Below, in pieces: positions 37,366 to 47,229 of a stretch of DNA of 64,000 bases. Location: NCBI GenBank assembly GCA_039811685.1, contig JBDHZC010000006.1:96001-160000 (forward strand). Direction: 5' to 3'. Made by a program: the position numbers and the translations under genes. The first letter of the stretch is position 1. Every line of letters starts with the position of its first letter. The notes below the pieces were generated by a model. The model was not told the DNA's origin. It worked only from the letters and a program-made list of their open reading frames with translations, and did not search any database. The stretch is from Armatimonadota bacterium. GTDB taxonomy: Bacteria; Armatimonadota; UBA5829; DSUL01.

Positions 37366-38150
37366 AGCCAGTCCTCCGACCTGATATCCGTGAGCGAACT
37401 CACCGGATCGTCCATTTCAGCAGCAGCCAGCAGAGGCTGCATACCGGTTGAGACGGTCTCTGCAATATCTCTGGTTGTGCTGGCAGGTTCAGAAACCGTG
37501 TCATGCGCAAACGCGGGATCTGGCTCAGAGTAGGCGGTGGAGCCGGCCGGATGTCTGGCTACGCGCCAGTTGTGTCGCAAAGCTGCCGGAGAACCCGGGC
37601 TGCGAGCGACACGTCTGTTGGCGCGCGCTTTGACTGCGACATCCGGAGACACAGCGGGCGCAAGAGCGGGGTTGTCCTGCGCGGAAGCGGAATTGTCTTC
37701 TGCTCCACTGGCTACACGGTTCTGGTTATGAGGCAAAGAGGGCGCCAGCCCGGACGGGGCACTGACAGCAGACCGGGATGACGAAGGTGGCGTCTGTCCA
37801 CTGTCCGCCATATTGACAGGCCGGCTGTGCAGCAAGCTCAGCACTACGCCCGCCACAAGCGCAACACCTCCAACACCGGCCACAACAGGCTTCCAGAGTC
37901 TCCACACTGGTGAAGGCTGTGAACGGGCGGATTCGTTTTCGAGCTGATAACGCAGGCGCTCCCAGCCTCCGGCACGAGGTTCCTGCCGCTCCAGACAGCC
38001 AAGGGCCTCAACAGCGCTCTGCAGGCTCTGATGGCACGTCCGGCATGAAGCGCATGCTTCAAGGTGCTCTTCGACTTGCCGACGCTGACGGCTGTCGAGT
38101 TGGGAGTCAATATAGAGCGAGATATGTTTTCGGACCAGACGGCAGGTCAC
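37362..38150 (-). CDS. Zinc-binding (zf-HC2) transmembrane anti-sigma factor
   Basis: C...SLYID, HLEACASC (HxxxCxxC), single TM helix. Confidence 0.88.
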   Translation of the reverse strand: MTCRLVRKHISLYIDSQLDSRQRRQVEEHLEACASCRTCHQSLQSAVEALGCLERQEPRAGGWERLRYQLENESARSQPSPVWRLWKPVVAGVGGVALVAGVVLSLLHSRPVNMADSGQTPPSSSRSAVSAPSGLAPSLPHNQNRVASGAEDNSASAQDNPALAPAVSPDVAVKARANRRVARSPGSPAALRHNWRVARHPAGSTAYSEPDPAFAHDTVSEPASTTRDIAETVSTGMQPLLAAAEMDDPVSSLTDIRSEDWL

Positions 38151-38757
38151 CGTGGGAATCCTCCGACAGATAGGGTGTCAAGGCCTTTCGAAATGCCTCA
38201 CGCGCCCTGTGTAAGCGAACATTTAGCGAATTGACGGAGCAGCCGACTATGGCGGCAATCTCCTCATACGACCGATCTTCCAGATGCCGCAACACAATCA
38301 ATACCCGATAGTGCGGCGCCACCTTTGACAGAGCAGCCTGCACAGCCTCCTGTGAGAGTTTTCTGCCAAGCTCCTGCTCTGGATGACCTTCAGACGAATC
38401 CTTCACGGGCTCCCAGCTTCCGTCTTCGCCCATCTGTTCAATGGAAGCGGCCGGCTTTCTACGGCGAATTTCATCAAGACAGACATTGGTAGCAATACGA
38501 TACAGCCACGTCGAAAAACGCGCCTCTCCTTTGAAGCCCTTCAGTGATCGATGCGCCTTTAGAAACACTTCCTGCCTGACATCTTCCGCATCTTCCGCGT
38601 TACCCAGCATGCGCAGCACCAGGTTGTAAACGCCGGACCCGTATTCGTCGTAAAGCAGTCCGTAAGCGTCCAGGTCCCCTGCGCGGGCGCGCTCTATTAG
38701 CTGTTTTTCGTCAGACTGCGACTTCGATGCAGGCAGGCTCTTTGCGTTCTGGTGCAA
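38107..38757 (-). CDS. ECF sigma factor
   Basis: DAEDVRQEVFLKA, FSTWLYRIATN, SYEEIAAIVG, RLHRAR. Confidence 0.95.
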   Translation of the reverse strand: MHQNAKSLPASKSQSDEKQLIERARAGDLDAYGLLYDEYGSGVYNLVLRMLGNAEDAEDVRQEVFLKAHRSLKGFKGEARFSTWLYRIATNVCLDEIRRRKPAASIEQMGEDGSWEPVKDSSEGHPEQELGRKLSQEAVQAALSKVAPHYRVLIVLRHLEDRSYEEIAAIVGCSVNSLNVRLHRAREAFRKALTPYLSEDSHGDLPSGPKTYLALY

Positions 38758-38861
38758 GAGTCATTTCCCTCACGATTTTCCCCTGTGGATTTGACGCGTA
38801 CATGCGCGAATCCTTAACACTGCTATCTTGCCGGGATTGCGCAAGAGTCCCTGAAACGCAA

Positions 38862-38890
38862 GCAGGCGAGCGGGAGTCCCGCTCGCCTGC
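38862..38890. terminator. Near-perfect 29-bp palindrome downstream of the LuxR gene (likely terminator)
   Basis: GCAGGCGAGCGGGA-G-TCCCGCTCGCCTGC (14-bp arms); minus strand continues TTGCGTTT. Confidence 0.55.
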
Positions 38891-38922
38891 GCAAAATGCC
38901 GTATCGTCAGTAGGTCTCCGGG

Positions 38923-39186
38923 CTAGTGCGTCATCACGTTAGAGATCAAGCCCAGAGTCGCCGCGCGGCGAACCGCCTGAATCCGGTTATTCACCTGCAG
39001 CTTCTCGTAAATTCTGGCGAGATGAAAATCAACAGTCCGTTTGGAACAGAAGAGCTCAGAGGCCACTTCCTTGTTGGACTTGCCTTCCACCACGAGACCA
39101 AGCACTTCCGATTCGCGCTTAGTCAGTTGAATATCGCGTCCCACCCCCAGTAACGGGGACGCATTGGCCAAAGCTTCGCGTGCCAT
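38923..39186 (-). CDS. Stand-alone LuxR/GerE-type HTH regulator (no receiver domain)
   Basis: LTKRESEVL...GKSNKEVA..LFCSKRTVDFHLARIYEKLQVNNR; ATG 39186 after a purine-rich SD. Confidence 0.9.
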   Translation of the reverse strand: MAREALANASPLLGVGRDIQLTKRESEVLGLVVEGKSNKEVASELFCSKRTVDFHLARIYEKLQVNNRIQAVRRAATLGLISNVMTH

Positions 39187-39467
39187 TCCCTTCACCTTCT
39201 CCTCCGAGAGAAGAGGCCGGTTGCGATGGAGCCAGAGGTCCCCTGCAGGCTGTCCCGATCCTGCCGGGACGCGCCACATCGCGGATGCAGCAGCTTTGAC
39301 GTGGAAATCGAAGCATCACACACACATGTGCTGCGTATGCGAAGCGAGGATAGCCGCCTGGGCGCTGCGACAGCCTCTATCTGTCAGAGCCTACCCCACC
39401 CGCCGGCTTGAGCCTGTTTCTACGCTGGATCGGATATGACTCTCACGGAGATTCTTTGGTGCTAGCA

Positions 39468-39497
39468 ATTATAACAGCTTCGAGCGCTCTGACGCAA
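39468..39497 (-). promoter_or_regulatory. Putative sigma-70 promoter upstream of the LuxR gene
   Basis: Minus strand TTGCGT-18 nt-TATAAT with an extended -10 (TGtTATAAT). Confidence 0.65.
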
Positions 39498-39621
39498 GGT
39501 TTGCAGGGAAACTTTGGCGATTTCTGCTGGAAGAGCCTGGCTGTTGCGACTGGGTCTTAGAACTGCGCCCACAAGACCCGCCGGTGATCGTCAGAAGTCA
39601 CGCGCTCAGCACAGCCAGGCG

Positions 39622-40455
39622 TTATAGGCCCACAGCCGTATAGCGCTTCAGTCCGACGCGCCACAGAATCTGACCCAGCATCGCAGTCACAGCAATCCAG
39701 CAGAGCTGGTAGGCCAGCCCAACAGCAACTGAAGCCTGGGGAACTCTCCCCAGGAAGATGTTCACCGGAAACCAGAGCACGTACGAAAACGGCAACATGT
39801 GGGCGATCTGACTGATGACCTTCGGAAGCATCTGTAAAGGCGCCATCTGCCCTGCCAGAAAACCGCCAATCATATAATAGAACTCAAACAGCCCGCCCAC
39901 TTCCACCAGGAAGAACGCCGACTGCCCGAGACACCAGCTAATCTGGTAGCTGAGAACATGCGCCAGCGCAAGGCTGACCCAGAACGTCCACCCGATATGG
40001 AAATCTTCCCACGCGAGATGACTCCTCAGCACCAGCAGAGCCAGTCCGAAAAACGGCACAAACATCAGCGAGCGCACCAGCCGCCACGAGACGTTGCTGG
40101 CAAAGTTGAACCAGTAGTAGGAGAACGGACGCGTCAGATAGATTGACAATTTGCCGTCTTTGATGTCGTGCGCAATCTCCCAGGGATGTGCCTGAGCCAG
40201 GTTCGCGCACACGCTCATGCACAGATAGTAGGCGACAAGCTCCGTGCGTGTGAACCCGTTGAGGACCTGCCGATTCCCGAACGCTGCCAGCCACATCAAC
40301 GGAAGTGTGATGGTGGGCACAGTATCCGTGAGAATCCAGACGATTCCCTGAGCGCGGTAAGCGAAGGAGTCCTGTAGATGCAGGTTGAACACCGCCCACC
40401 ACTTTCGCCACCGGGGCGGACGGGCAGGCGCCAGCGCAACCGTCTGAGTCACCAT
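39622..40455 (-). CDS. ABC-2 family exporter permease (DUF990-like)
   Basis: 6 TM; IAHDIKDGKLSIYLTRP, GQMAPL..LP, LPF, RYTAVG. Confidence 0.88.
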   Translation of the reverse strand: MVTQTVALAPARPPRWRKWWAVFNLHLQDSFAYRAQGIVWILTDTVPTITLPLMWLAAFGNRQVLNGFTRTELVAYYLCMSVCANLAQAHPWEIAHDIKDGKLSIYLTRPFSYYWFNFASNVSWRLVRSLMFVPFFGLALLVLRSHLAWEDFHIGWTFWVSLALAHVLSYQISWCLGQSAFFLVEVGGLFEFYYMIGGFLAGQMAPLQMLPKVISQIAHMLPFSYVLWFPVNIFLGRVPQASVAVGLAYQLCWIAVTAMLGQILWRVGLKRYTAVGL

Positions 40456-41465
40456 CAGACCGCCTCTTCCTGCGCGACGGTGGGCGCGGTCTCTTTGCGT
40501 TGGAAGATATCGCGAATGACGTCCTCAACATCCGGATCTGTAATCTCAATGTCAACAACCGGAAGCCGTGCGAGCATCTCGGCCGCCACTTTCGGCGCAA
40601 GTTCTCTTGGAATCTCCACGGCTGCGGACAACGCTTCGCGCTGTGTCAGCTTTCCAAAGCAGCTGATTTCCGAATCTTCCACCGGCACACTGAAGGTCAG
40701 CCGGAGCTGCTTGGTGTGCGTGAACTGCGTTACCAGCCGCGACAAAGCATCGTCAAAAATAACCCGTCCGTGGTCTATGATTACGACGCGCTCACACAGC
40801 GCGCGCACGTCGTCCATATAGTGGCTGGTGAGAATGAAGGTCGCCCCTTCCTGCCGGTTTGTCAAAGCGATGAACTCCCGGATACGCTTCTGCGACACGA
40901 CATCCAGCCCGATCGTAGGCTCATCCAGAAAAACCACTCGCGGCCGGTGGAGCAGCGCGGCGACGAGCTCGCACTTCATGCGCTCACCCAGAGACAACTT
41001 TCGCACCTGCGTGGAGAGAAGATGATCAATCTCAAGCATTTTCGTCATCTCGCGCACGCGCTTCTGATAATCAGACTGCGGAATCTCGTAAAGCTCTTTG
41101 AGGAGCAGGAAAGACTCCTCTGCTGGAAGGTCCCACCAGAGCTGATTCTTCTGTCCCATCACCAGAGAAAACTGCTTCTGAAACTCCGGACGCCGCTCCC
41201 AGGGACGGTAGCCGAGGACTTCCGCCCTGCCGGAGGTGGGATGCAGGATTCCGGAGAGCATCTTCAGCGTAGTGGTCTTTCCAGCGCCATTGGGCCCGAG
41301 AAAGCCCACCAACTCACCGCCGTCCACAGACACGTTGATGCGATCTGCGGCCAGGACTTCCTTGTTCCGACGGACAAACAGGCTCTTGACAGCGCCGAGC
41401 ATGCCTGGCTCCCGCTGGTGGGAGACGTAAACTTTGGTTAGATCTTCAGCCAGAATAGCCGGCAC
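40455..41465 (-). CDS. ABC transporter ATP-binding protein
   Basis: GPNGAGKTT, GQKNQLWWDLP, LSLGERMK, FLDEPTIGLD, TSHYM; GTG start at 41465. Confidence 0.95.
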   Translation of the reverse strand: MPAILAEDLTKVYVSHQREPGMLGAVKSLFVRRNKEVLAADRINVSVDGGELVGFLGPNGAGKTTTLKMLSGILHPTSGRAEVLGYRPWERRPEFQKQFSLVMGQKNQLWWDLPAEESFLLLKELYEIPQSDYQKRVREMTKMLEIDHLLSTQVRKLSLGERMKCELVAALLHRPRVVFLDEPTIGLDVVSQKRIREFIALTNRQEGATFILTSHYMDDVRALCERVVIIDHGRVIFDDALSRLVTQFTHTKQLRLTFSVPVEDSEISCFGKLTQREALSAAVEIPRELAPKVAAEMLARLPVVDIEITDPDVEDVIRDIFQRKETAPTVAQEEAV

Positions 41466-41511
41466 GGTCAGATTTCCTCTCGTGAGCAGACCACATCTCC
41501 AGCGGCCGCAT

Positions 41512-42312
41512 TTACCCGCCGGCGCTTGAGTAGTTGCGCACGGCAAACAGCCACAGCCAGCGGCTGGCAATCATCAGGCCCACCGCAAACGCCAGCGCAA
41601 GCGGCAGCATCCATACCTGCATCGTCTGCGCGATGCCTCGCGCCGGCACTGTGGCTATGAACGCCATTGGAATGAAAAACGTGAGAATGTTCTTGAGAAC
41701 CGTACCTCCAAAGATATCCACCGGGTATCGAGCCATCATGCTCACGCTCCAGAACGCAGCATCCAGATTGCGAATACGCACCAACCAGAACGACAGAGTC
41801 ATGATAAGGCTGTCGATACCGAGCAAGATACACAGACTGCACGCCAAGAGGACAACGTAGATAGCAAGTGAGACGGCTGTAACGCTGATGCCCGACACGG
41901 AGACTCCATACGCTATCACGAAAACAGACAGCAGCGCGCGCGAAAACTCGGCAAGATTGATTGTGCGGGCGGAGGCGAGAAACTGGCTGTCCACCGGTTT
42001 GGTGAGCGTCAGATCAAACGTCCCCTTCTGGATATAATCCGGCAGCATAGACAGATTGGGTGTGAACAGCGCGTTCATCAGCCCCCACGTGAGTGAGAAA
42101 CTGCCCGCCAGGACAAGCGCCTGTCCCTTCGTCCACCCGGCTACCGCGTTAGTCTGGCTGTAGACAATTTCGATGAAGAAAATGTAGTACAGAAGCCATG
42201 CGCCAGTTGTAAAAGCGTTGGCAAAGAAGTTGCCGCGAAACTCCATCTCCCGCACAATACAGTTGCGGAAGAACACAAGGTAAAGCCTGAGATAGCGTCG
42301 AGCAGTAACCAT
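41512..42312 (-). CDS. ABC-2 family exporter permease (DUF990-like)
   Basis: EFRGNF, GWT, GTFDLTLTKPVDSQF, RYPVDIF, YSSAGG. Confidence 0.88.
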   Translation of the reverse strand: MVTARRYLRLYLVFFRNCIVREMEFRGNFFANAFTTGAWLLYYIFFIEIVYSQTNAVAGWTKGQALVLAGSFSLTWGLMNALFTPNLSMLPDYIQKGTFDLTLTKPVDSQFLASARTINLAEFSRALLSVFVIAYGVSVSGISVTAVSLAIYVVLLACSLCILLGIDSLIMTLSFWLVRIRNLDAAFWSVSMMARYPVDIFGGTVLKNILTFFIPMAFIATVPARGIAQTMQVWMLPLALAFAVGLMIASRWLWLFAVRNYSSAGG

Positions 42313-42466
42313 AAGAGGGCATGACTGTATAACCGAAAGCGCTCTCGACGGCAGCCCGCGGCGTTCACAGAGCAGGAAAAACAGGCGTTTTCGCTGAAAG
42401 GCTTAAGGAGCGGCAGCGCGCCAAAAGTCTGGCTGGCCCCGACGCCGCGCGCAGAGCAACTATTCA

Positions 42467-43006
42467 ATGAACTTCGTTAGTCATCTGACTCAGACCATTC
42501 AAGACCATCCGGATGCGGTAATCACCACAGCGCTGTACTCACTGCTCGCTCTGATGGTGGTAGTCATCTATCTCATAGCGTCTGTCATCTCTCTCAAGAG
42601 GAGATACAGCTTTTTGCTGCGCAACGAACAGACGCAGGATCTGGGCAACGTGTTCTCTGAGCACAAGCAGCTTCTCGACAGGCTGACAAATGAGCAGAGG
42701 CAGACTGAAGGGCGTGTGACGCGCATCGAGGGGCGGCTGGACAGTACGCTTCAGAAGGTCGGCGTTGTGCGGTTTGATGCTCTTGACGATGTAGGAGGCG
42801 AACTGAGCTTTGCCGTAGCCCTGCTGGATGCGATGGGCAACGGCGTTGTGCTTTCCAGCCTGTACAGCCGCACAGACTGCCGCACTTACGCCAAGGCTGT
42901 GATCGAGGGGAGGTCGGCGCAGTTGCTTTCCGATGAGGAGCAGGCAGCGTTGACTCAGGCGCAGAGCAGTCCGCTCCCTCTTGCCACAAGGGAGCCGGTG
43001 GGCTGA
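42467..43006 (+). CDS. DUF4446-family membrane-anchored protein
   Basis: N-terminal TM, coiled coil, QKVGVVRFDALDDVGGELSFAVALLD..GNGVVLSSLYSR...RTYAK, LSDEE. Confidence 0.85.
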   Translation: MNFVSHLTQTIQDHPDAVITTALYSLLALMVVVIYLIASVISLKRRYSFLLRNEQTQDLGNVFSEHKQLLDRLTNEQRQTEGRVTRIEGRLDSTLQKVGVVRFDALDDVGGELSFAVALLDAMGNGVVLSSLYSRTDCRTYAKAVIEGRSAQLLSDEEQAALTQAQSSPLPLATREPVG

Positions 43007-43052
43007 CTCTCAGCCACGTCTTGAAACAGGGGCTGCCTGAAGAGAGGCTGCC

Positions 43053-43637
43053 ATGAACGAGCACGAAGCGCGTTTGATTGAGCGCTGCAAGTTGCGTGAC
43101 GCAGCGGCCTATAACGAGCTCTACAGCCTTTACGAGCGCAAGATGTACAACTTTGCGCTGCGTATGAGCGGCAATCCGGATGATGCGGAAGACATCGTTC
43201 AGGAGACGTTCATCCGGGTGTTCAACGCAATTCAGAACTTTCGGGGCGAGGCGAACTTCTCGACGTGGGTTTTCAGAATCGCTAACAATGTTTTTCTGGA
43301 TATGCGGAAAAAAGCCAAGGCGCATCCGCAGACATCCCTGCAGGACGCATTGGAACTGGAAGAGTCCGAGGTAACGCGCCAGATTGAAGACCCGTCGCCG
43401 CAGCCTCAGGATGTGGCGCAGCAGGCGGAGTTGAACCGGATCATGCAGAGGGCTATCAACTCTCTGCCGGACTACCAGAAGACGATGGTCATTCTCTATC
43501 ACACGCAGAACAAATCGTATGAAGAGATCGCCGAAATAATGAATCTACCCATAGGGACGGTTAAGAGCCGGCTCAACCGGGCGAGGATTGCACTCAAATC
43601 TAAATTGCAGCCCATCCGGGAACTTTTCGAACAATAG
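43053..43637 (+). CDS. ECF sigma factor (SigW-like)
   Basis: DAEDIVQETFIRV, FSTWVFRIA, SYEEIAEIMNLPIGTVKSRLNRAR. Confidence 0.95.
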   Translation: MNEHEARLIERCKLRDAAAYNELYSLYERKMYNFALRMSGNPDDAEDIVQETFIRVFNAIQNFRGEANFSTWVFRIANNVFLDMRKKAKAHPQTSLQDALELEESEVTRQIEDPSPQPQDVAQQAELNRIMQRAINSLPDYQKTMVILYHTQNKSYEEIAEIMNLPIGTVKSRLNRARIALKSKLQPIRELFEQ

Positions 43638-43764
43638 CGTAGTCACCTAATGGATAAAGACGACGAGACCAGGCGGCGGAAGAGCTATGTCCCTTTGCCG
43701 ACCTGCGCAGTTTGGGCATGGCTGGCCGTGATGGCATGCTCAGATAAGGTTTAGACTTCGCAAG

Positions 43765-44727
43765 ATGAAATGTGAGACAGCCAGAGAACATTTTTCGGAA
43801 CTGGTTGAGGGCTCAATCGACCAGACTTTGAAGTTTGCGATCGAGTCACACCTCGGCGCGTGTCCTGGTTGTACTCAGGAGTTCGAGAGTTTCGGACAGA
43901 CTTGGAGCGTCCTGGAGGCTCTGCCCTCGTTCGAGCCGCCTCCTTATCTTCGGCATCGCGTGATGGATGCGGTATTCACGCAACCGGAACAGACCCGGGC
44001 CTCCCGGTCTATCTGGGACCGGCTCCGCGAGGGCTTCTTTGCTCCGTCCACTATGGGACGCAGACTGGCGTGGAGTGGCGCGGCGCTTGCTGCAGCTCTG
44101 GTTGTTGGCGCTGGCGCGCTGACGATGCACATTCCCGGAGGTACGGTCGCGACGGGAGTGGTGCCCATTCCCGGACAGGTAAGCCGGGTTGGGCTTGCCG
44201 CAGTTGACGTCACTCCGCAGTGGCAGGGCAACGACTGGGCGCTGGCAATCTCCGGGCCATCTGAGTTGATCGGCGTGCGGGTGTTCCCCGCGGAAGAAGG
44301 CTGGAATCCGGCGTCTCTCGCTTCTTCTTCGCCGGTGAGTGAGTTGCGGCTGGCGACGGGCATGGATTTCCGCAACAGCACGGTTTTGAAGCCACACCTG
44401 TCGCCTGTGGAGAGCGGCGTGAGTGTAGCGGTCCTGCAGTTTCATTCCGGTGGGATGAGCCGCCACATTGCAGTGTTTCTGCCCGAGCGTCCTCGCAGTA
44501 TTGCCCAGGCTGTGGCTCAAGGTGTAAGCGTTCGTCCGCTGGAGGAAGCGCTGCTGCAGATTTCGCGAGACTATCAGGTGGCAATCGTGGCTGATACGGG
44601 GTTCTCTGCGACGGTGACTGTGCGGGGAGGCGCCAGCGCAGAGAAAACGCTGGAGAGTATTGCGCAGCAGGCTCGGATGGAGTATCAGAGCCTGGGAGGC
44701 GGCGCATTCCGCCTTACCAAGATTTAG
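43765..44727 (+). CDS. zf-HC2 transmembrane anti-sigma factor with extracytoplasmic domain
   Basis: MKCETAR, HLGACPGC, single TM, C-terminal LEEALLQISRDYQVAI (STN-like). Confidence 0.85.
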   Translation: MKCETAREHFSELVEGSIDQTLKFAIESHLGACPGCTQEFESFGQTWSVLEALPSFEPPPYLRHRVMDAVFTQPEQTRASRSIWDRLREGFFAPSTMGRRLAWSGAALAAALVVGAGALTMHIPGGTVATGVVPIPGQVSRVGLAAVDVTPQWQGNDWALAISGPSELIGVRVFPAEEGWNPASLASSSPVSELRLATGMDFRNSTVLKPHLSPVESGVSVAVLQFHSGGMSRHIAVFLPERPRSIAQAVAQGVSVRPLEEALLQISRDYQVAIVADTGFSATVTVRGGASAEKTLESIAQQARMEYQSLGGGAFRLTKI

Positions 44728-44756
44728 GCGAACAAACAAAGAGTGCAGAGTATGGC

Positions 44757-44800
44757 ACGGCTGGTCCAGCGCTCAGGCGCAGGGCCGGCCGTTTTTGTTT
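44757..44800 (+). terminator. Intrinsic terminator after the anti-sigma gene
   Basis: ACGGCTGGTCC...GGGCCGGCCGT hairpin followed by TTTTGTTT. Confidence 0.7.
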
Positions 44801-44921
44801 GTGATAAAAGCTGCAGCGTAAGCGGGGAGAGTAGAGAGACTGGGACAGGCTTCTGACTCTGGGAACTGCTGAGTGGGTTGTGTCATCATCCGCGCGGGCA
44901 GGAGCATGCCATAATAAAGGG

Positions 44922-45956
44922 ATGGAACTCATCGGCCAGACAACCGGGGAGCTTGAGCAAATTGTCCGTGAGATGGGACACCCGGCCTACCGTGGACGGC
45001 AGCTAGCTGAGTGGATATATAAGCGCGCAGCGCGCTCTACTGAGGAGATGATCAATCTTCCAGAAGCTTTGCGCGCCCAGATACGCGAGCGCTTTACGCA
45101 CCCGTTGACAAACGCAGTGGAAGCTCTGAGATCGGATGACGGAGCCGTCAAATATCTGGTGGAGCTCTGCGACGGGAACCGCGTCGAAAGCGTTTATCTC
45201 CCGTACGAAGACAGAACGTCCGTCTGCATCTCGACAGAAGTCGGCTGTGCGATGAACTGTGCGTTCTGCGCGACAGGCATAGGCGGTCTCACACGCAACC
45301 TCTCAGCCGGTGAGATGGTGGATCAGGTGCTGCTGGCGCAGGCGGATCAGAAGCAGCGCATTTCGCACGTGGTGTATATGGGCATGGGCGAACCACTGGC
45401 CAACTACACGCAGACGGTCAAGAGCCTGCGCCTTCTGACTGGCGAGCTCGGTATTTCCGCGCGCCACCTCACCCTCAGCACTGTTGGACTCGCTCCGGCG
45501 ATCCGCCAGCTTGCCGATGAAGGGTTGCCAATAACTCTGGCGGTTTCTATCCACGCTCCGGACGACGCGCTGCGGGCACAGATCATGCCCATTGCCCGGA
45601 CGCACTCTATGGATGAGCTGCTGGATGCGTGCCGCTACTGGATTGAGAAGACGCACAGGAAGATCACCTTTGAGTACCTGCTGCTGGAAAACGTCAACGA
45701 CTCTCCTGAGCAGGCGCGCGATCTTGCCAGGCGCCTGAAATCTCTTCTGGCGAATGTCAACATCATTCCCTACAACTTTGTCGAAGGGCGTGGAGACTTC
45801 CACCGCCCGAAGCGCCAGCGCATTGATGCCTTCAAGCGGGAACTGGAGCAGCAGCAAATAAACGTAACTGAACGTATGCGCCGAGGCAACACAATCAATG
45901 CTGCCTGTGGTCAGCTAAGACACGAGTCTGAGAAAGGACGTAAGATTTCGGCGTGA
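44922..45956 (+). CDS. rlmN: 23S rRNA/tRNA m2A methyltransferase RlmN
   Basis: CAMNCAFC (radical SAM), RNLSAGEM, MGMGEPL, STVG, FEY, VND, AACGQL. Confidence 0.95.
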   Translation: MELIGQTTGELEQIVREMGHPAYRGRQLAEWIYKRAARSTEEMINLPEALRAQIRERFTHPLTNAVEALRSDDGAVKYLVELCDGNRVESVYLPYEDRTSVCISTEVGCAMNCAFCATGIGGLTRNLSAGEMVDQVLLAQADQKQRISHVVYMGMGEPLANYTQTVKSLRLLTGELGISARHLTLSTVGLAPAIRQLADEGLPITLAVSIHAPDDALRAQIMPIARTHSMDELLDACRYWIEKTHRKITFEYLLLENVNDSPEQARDLARRLKSLLANVNIIPYNFVEGRGDFHRPKRQRIDAFKRELEQQQINVTERMRRGNTINAACGQLRHESEKGRKISA

Positions 45957-45980
45957 GAAAGCCCTGCCACCCAGAGATGA

Positions 45981-47222
45981 ATGCCGGCGGACAAACAGGC
46001 TCCGCTCAAGATACGTACACTGCGGAATAATACAAGCAAGATGATTGACAGTGCCCAGATAAAAACCAAACGCCAACCCAGTGCAGGATTTATTCCGCAG
46101 GAAGAAACGCTGCTGTTTCACTTGAAGCGCGGAATGGATGCGTGGCAGGCGCAGGTTGGCCGGCAGGGCGTCGAGATGACGGAGACGCTGCGGGAGCTTG
46201 TCTGGGAACTTGTTTCTCTGTGCGGTGAAGCGGTGGAAGAGGGTTGTGAGCGTCCTCCGCGCGACGCATACCGCCTGTCAGCCGACATCGGCCGGCGCAT
46301 TACCGGGAAAATGCAGCAGCGAGAAGCTGTCGAAATCTTTCGCGATCAGCTCCTGCGCTGCATCCTCAACGAGTTGTCCGAGTACGAAGCCACCATCCCA
46401 TGCGTCCAGACCTTCTTTTTTGCCGTCGGAGACGCGATCTGGGAAAGCTACGCGGAACAGTTGCGCCGAAACCTGAGGCAGGAGAAACGCCAGCGCCTGA
46501 GCGAGCAGCTAAAAGTAGCCAAACGTATCCAACAGCACCTGCTGCCCAAGACCATTCCAGTCATTCCCGGTTTTGACTTCGCGGGCCGTCTGCGTCCGGC
46601 GGAAGAGGTCGGCGGTGACTACTGGAGCATCAAGTACTACGAGCAGGACGGCGTGGTTACGATGAAGCTGGCGGACATCACCGGGCACGGTCTGGCGGCG
46701 GGCACGCTTGTCGCCGCAGTAAAGTTTATCTCCGGGGGGTTCTACCGCGGGGCTACCAGTCCTGCGGACGTTATGGAGCGCACAAACCGCGTGCTCTTCA
46801 AAGAGACTCCAAGCGATATTCTGGTAACGATGATTTACGGCTGGCTCTACCCAAAGACACGGCGGCTTCGGCTGGTCAACGCGGGTCATTTTCCGGTTTT
46901 CATTGCCAGAGAAGCCGGATTCACCGATATACCGCCAACCGGGAGCCTGCTGGGGCTGCACGAGACCGAGTACGGGGAAATCGAGGAGACGCTAAATCCG
47001 GGAGACATCCTTGTCTTCAGCTCTGACGGCATCATCGAGTCCGGCCTGGACAGGCCCTTTGGCGCAGACAGGCTGAAAGAAGTGGTGTGGGCAAATCGAG
47101 CGCTGAGCGCCGGACAGATTGCGGATTCGGTGATTGACGCAGTGCTCAGCTACGCGAGCTCTCCAACAGACGACCTTTCAGTAGTGGTTATCAAAGGCGT
47201 CGAAGATAAGGTCAACGTCTGA
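45981..47222 (+). CDS. PP2C/SpoIIE (RsbU-like) phosphatase with N-terminal helical domain
   Basis: AKRIQQHLLP, VGGDYW, ADITGHG, NAGH, SDGIIE, DDLS; true start uncertain (possibly 46041). Confidence 0.9.
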   Translation: MPADKQAPLKIRTLRNNTSKMIDSAQIKTKRQPSAGFIPQEETLLFHLKRGMDAWQAQVGRQGVEMTETLRELVWELVSLCGEAVEEGCERPPRDAYRLSADIGRRITGKMQQREAVEIFRDQLLRCILNELSEYEATIPCVQTFFFAVGDAIWESYAEQLRRNLRQEKRQRLSEQLKVAKRIQQHLLPKTIPVIPGFDFAGRLRPAEEVGGDYWSIKYYEQDGVVTMKLADITGHGLAAGTLVAAVKFISGGFYRGATSPADVMERTNRVLFKETPSDILVTMIYGWLYPKTRRLRLVNAGHFPVFIAREAGFTDIPPTGSLLGLHETEYGEIEETLNPGDILVFSSDGIIESGLDRPFGADRLKEVVWANRALSAGQIADSVIDAVLSYASSPTDDLSVVVIKGVEDKVNV

Positions 47223-47229
47223 GATCACC

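Noticed and set aside
44922..45956. Cfr-type resistance methyltransferase
   Set aside because: It is a single chromosomal copy with ordinary RlmN motifs and no mobile context. Housekeeping RlmN is more parsimonious, although phylogeny would be decisive.
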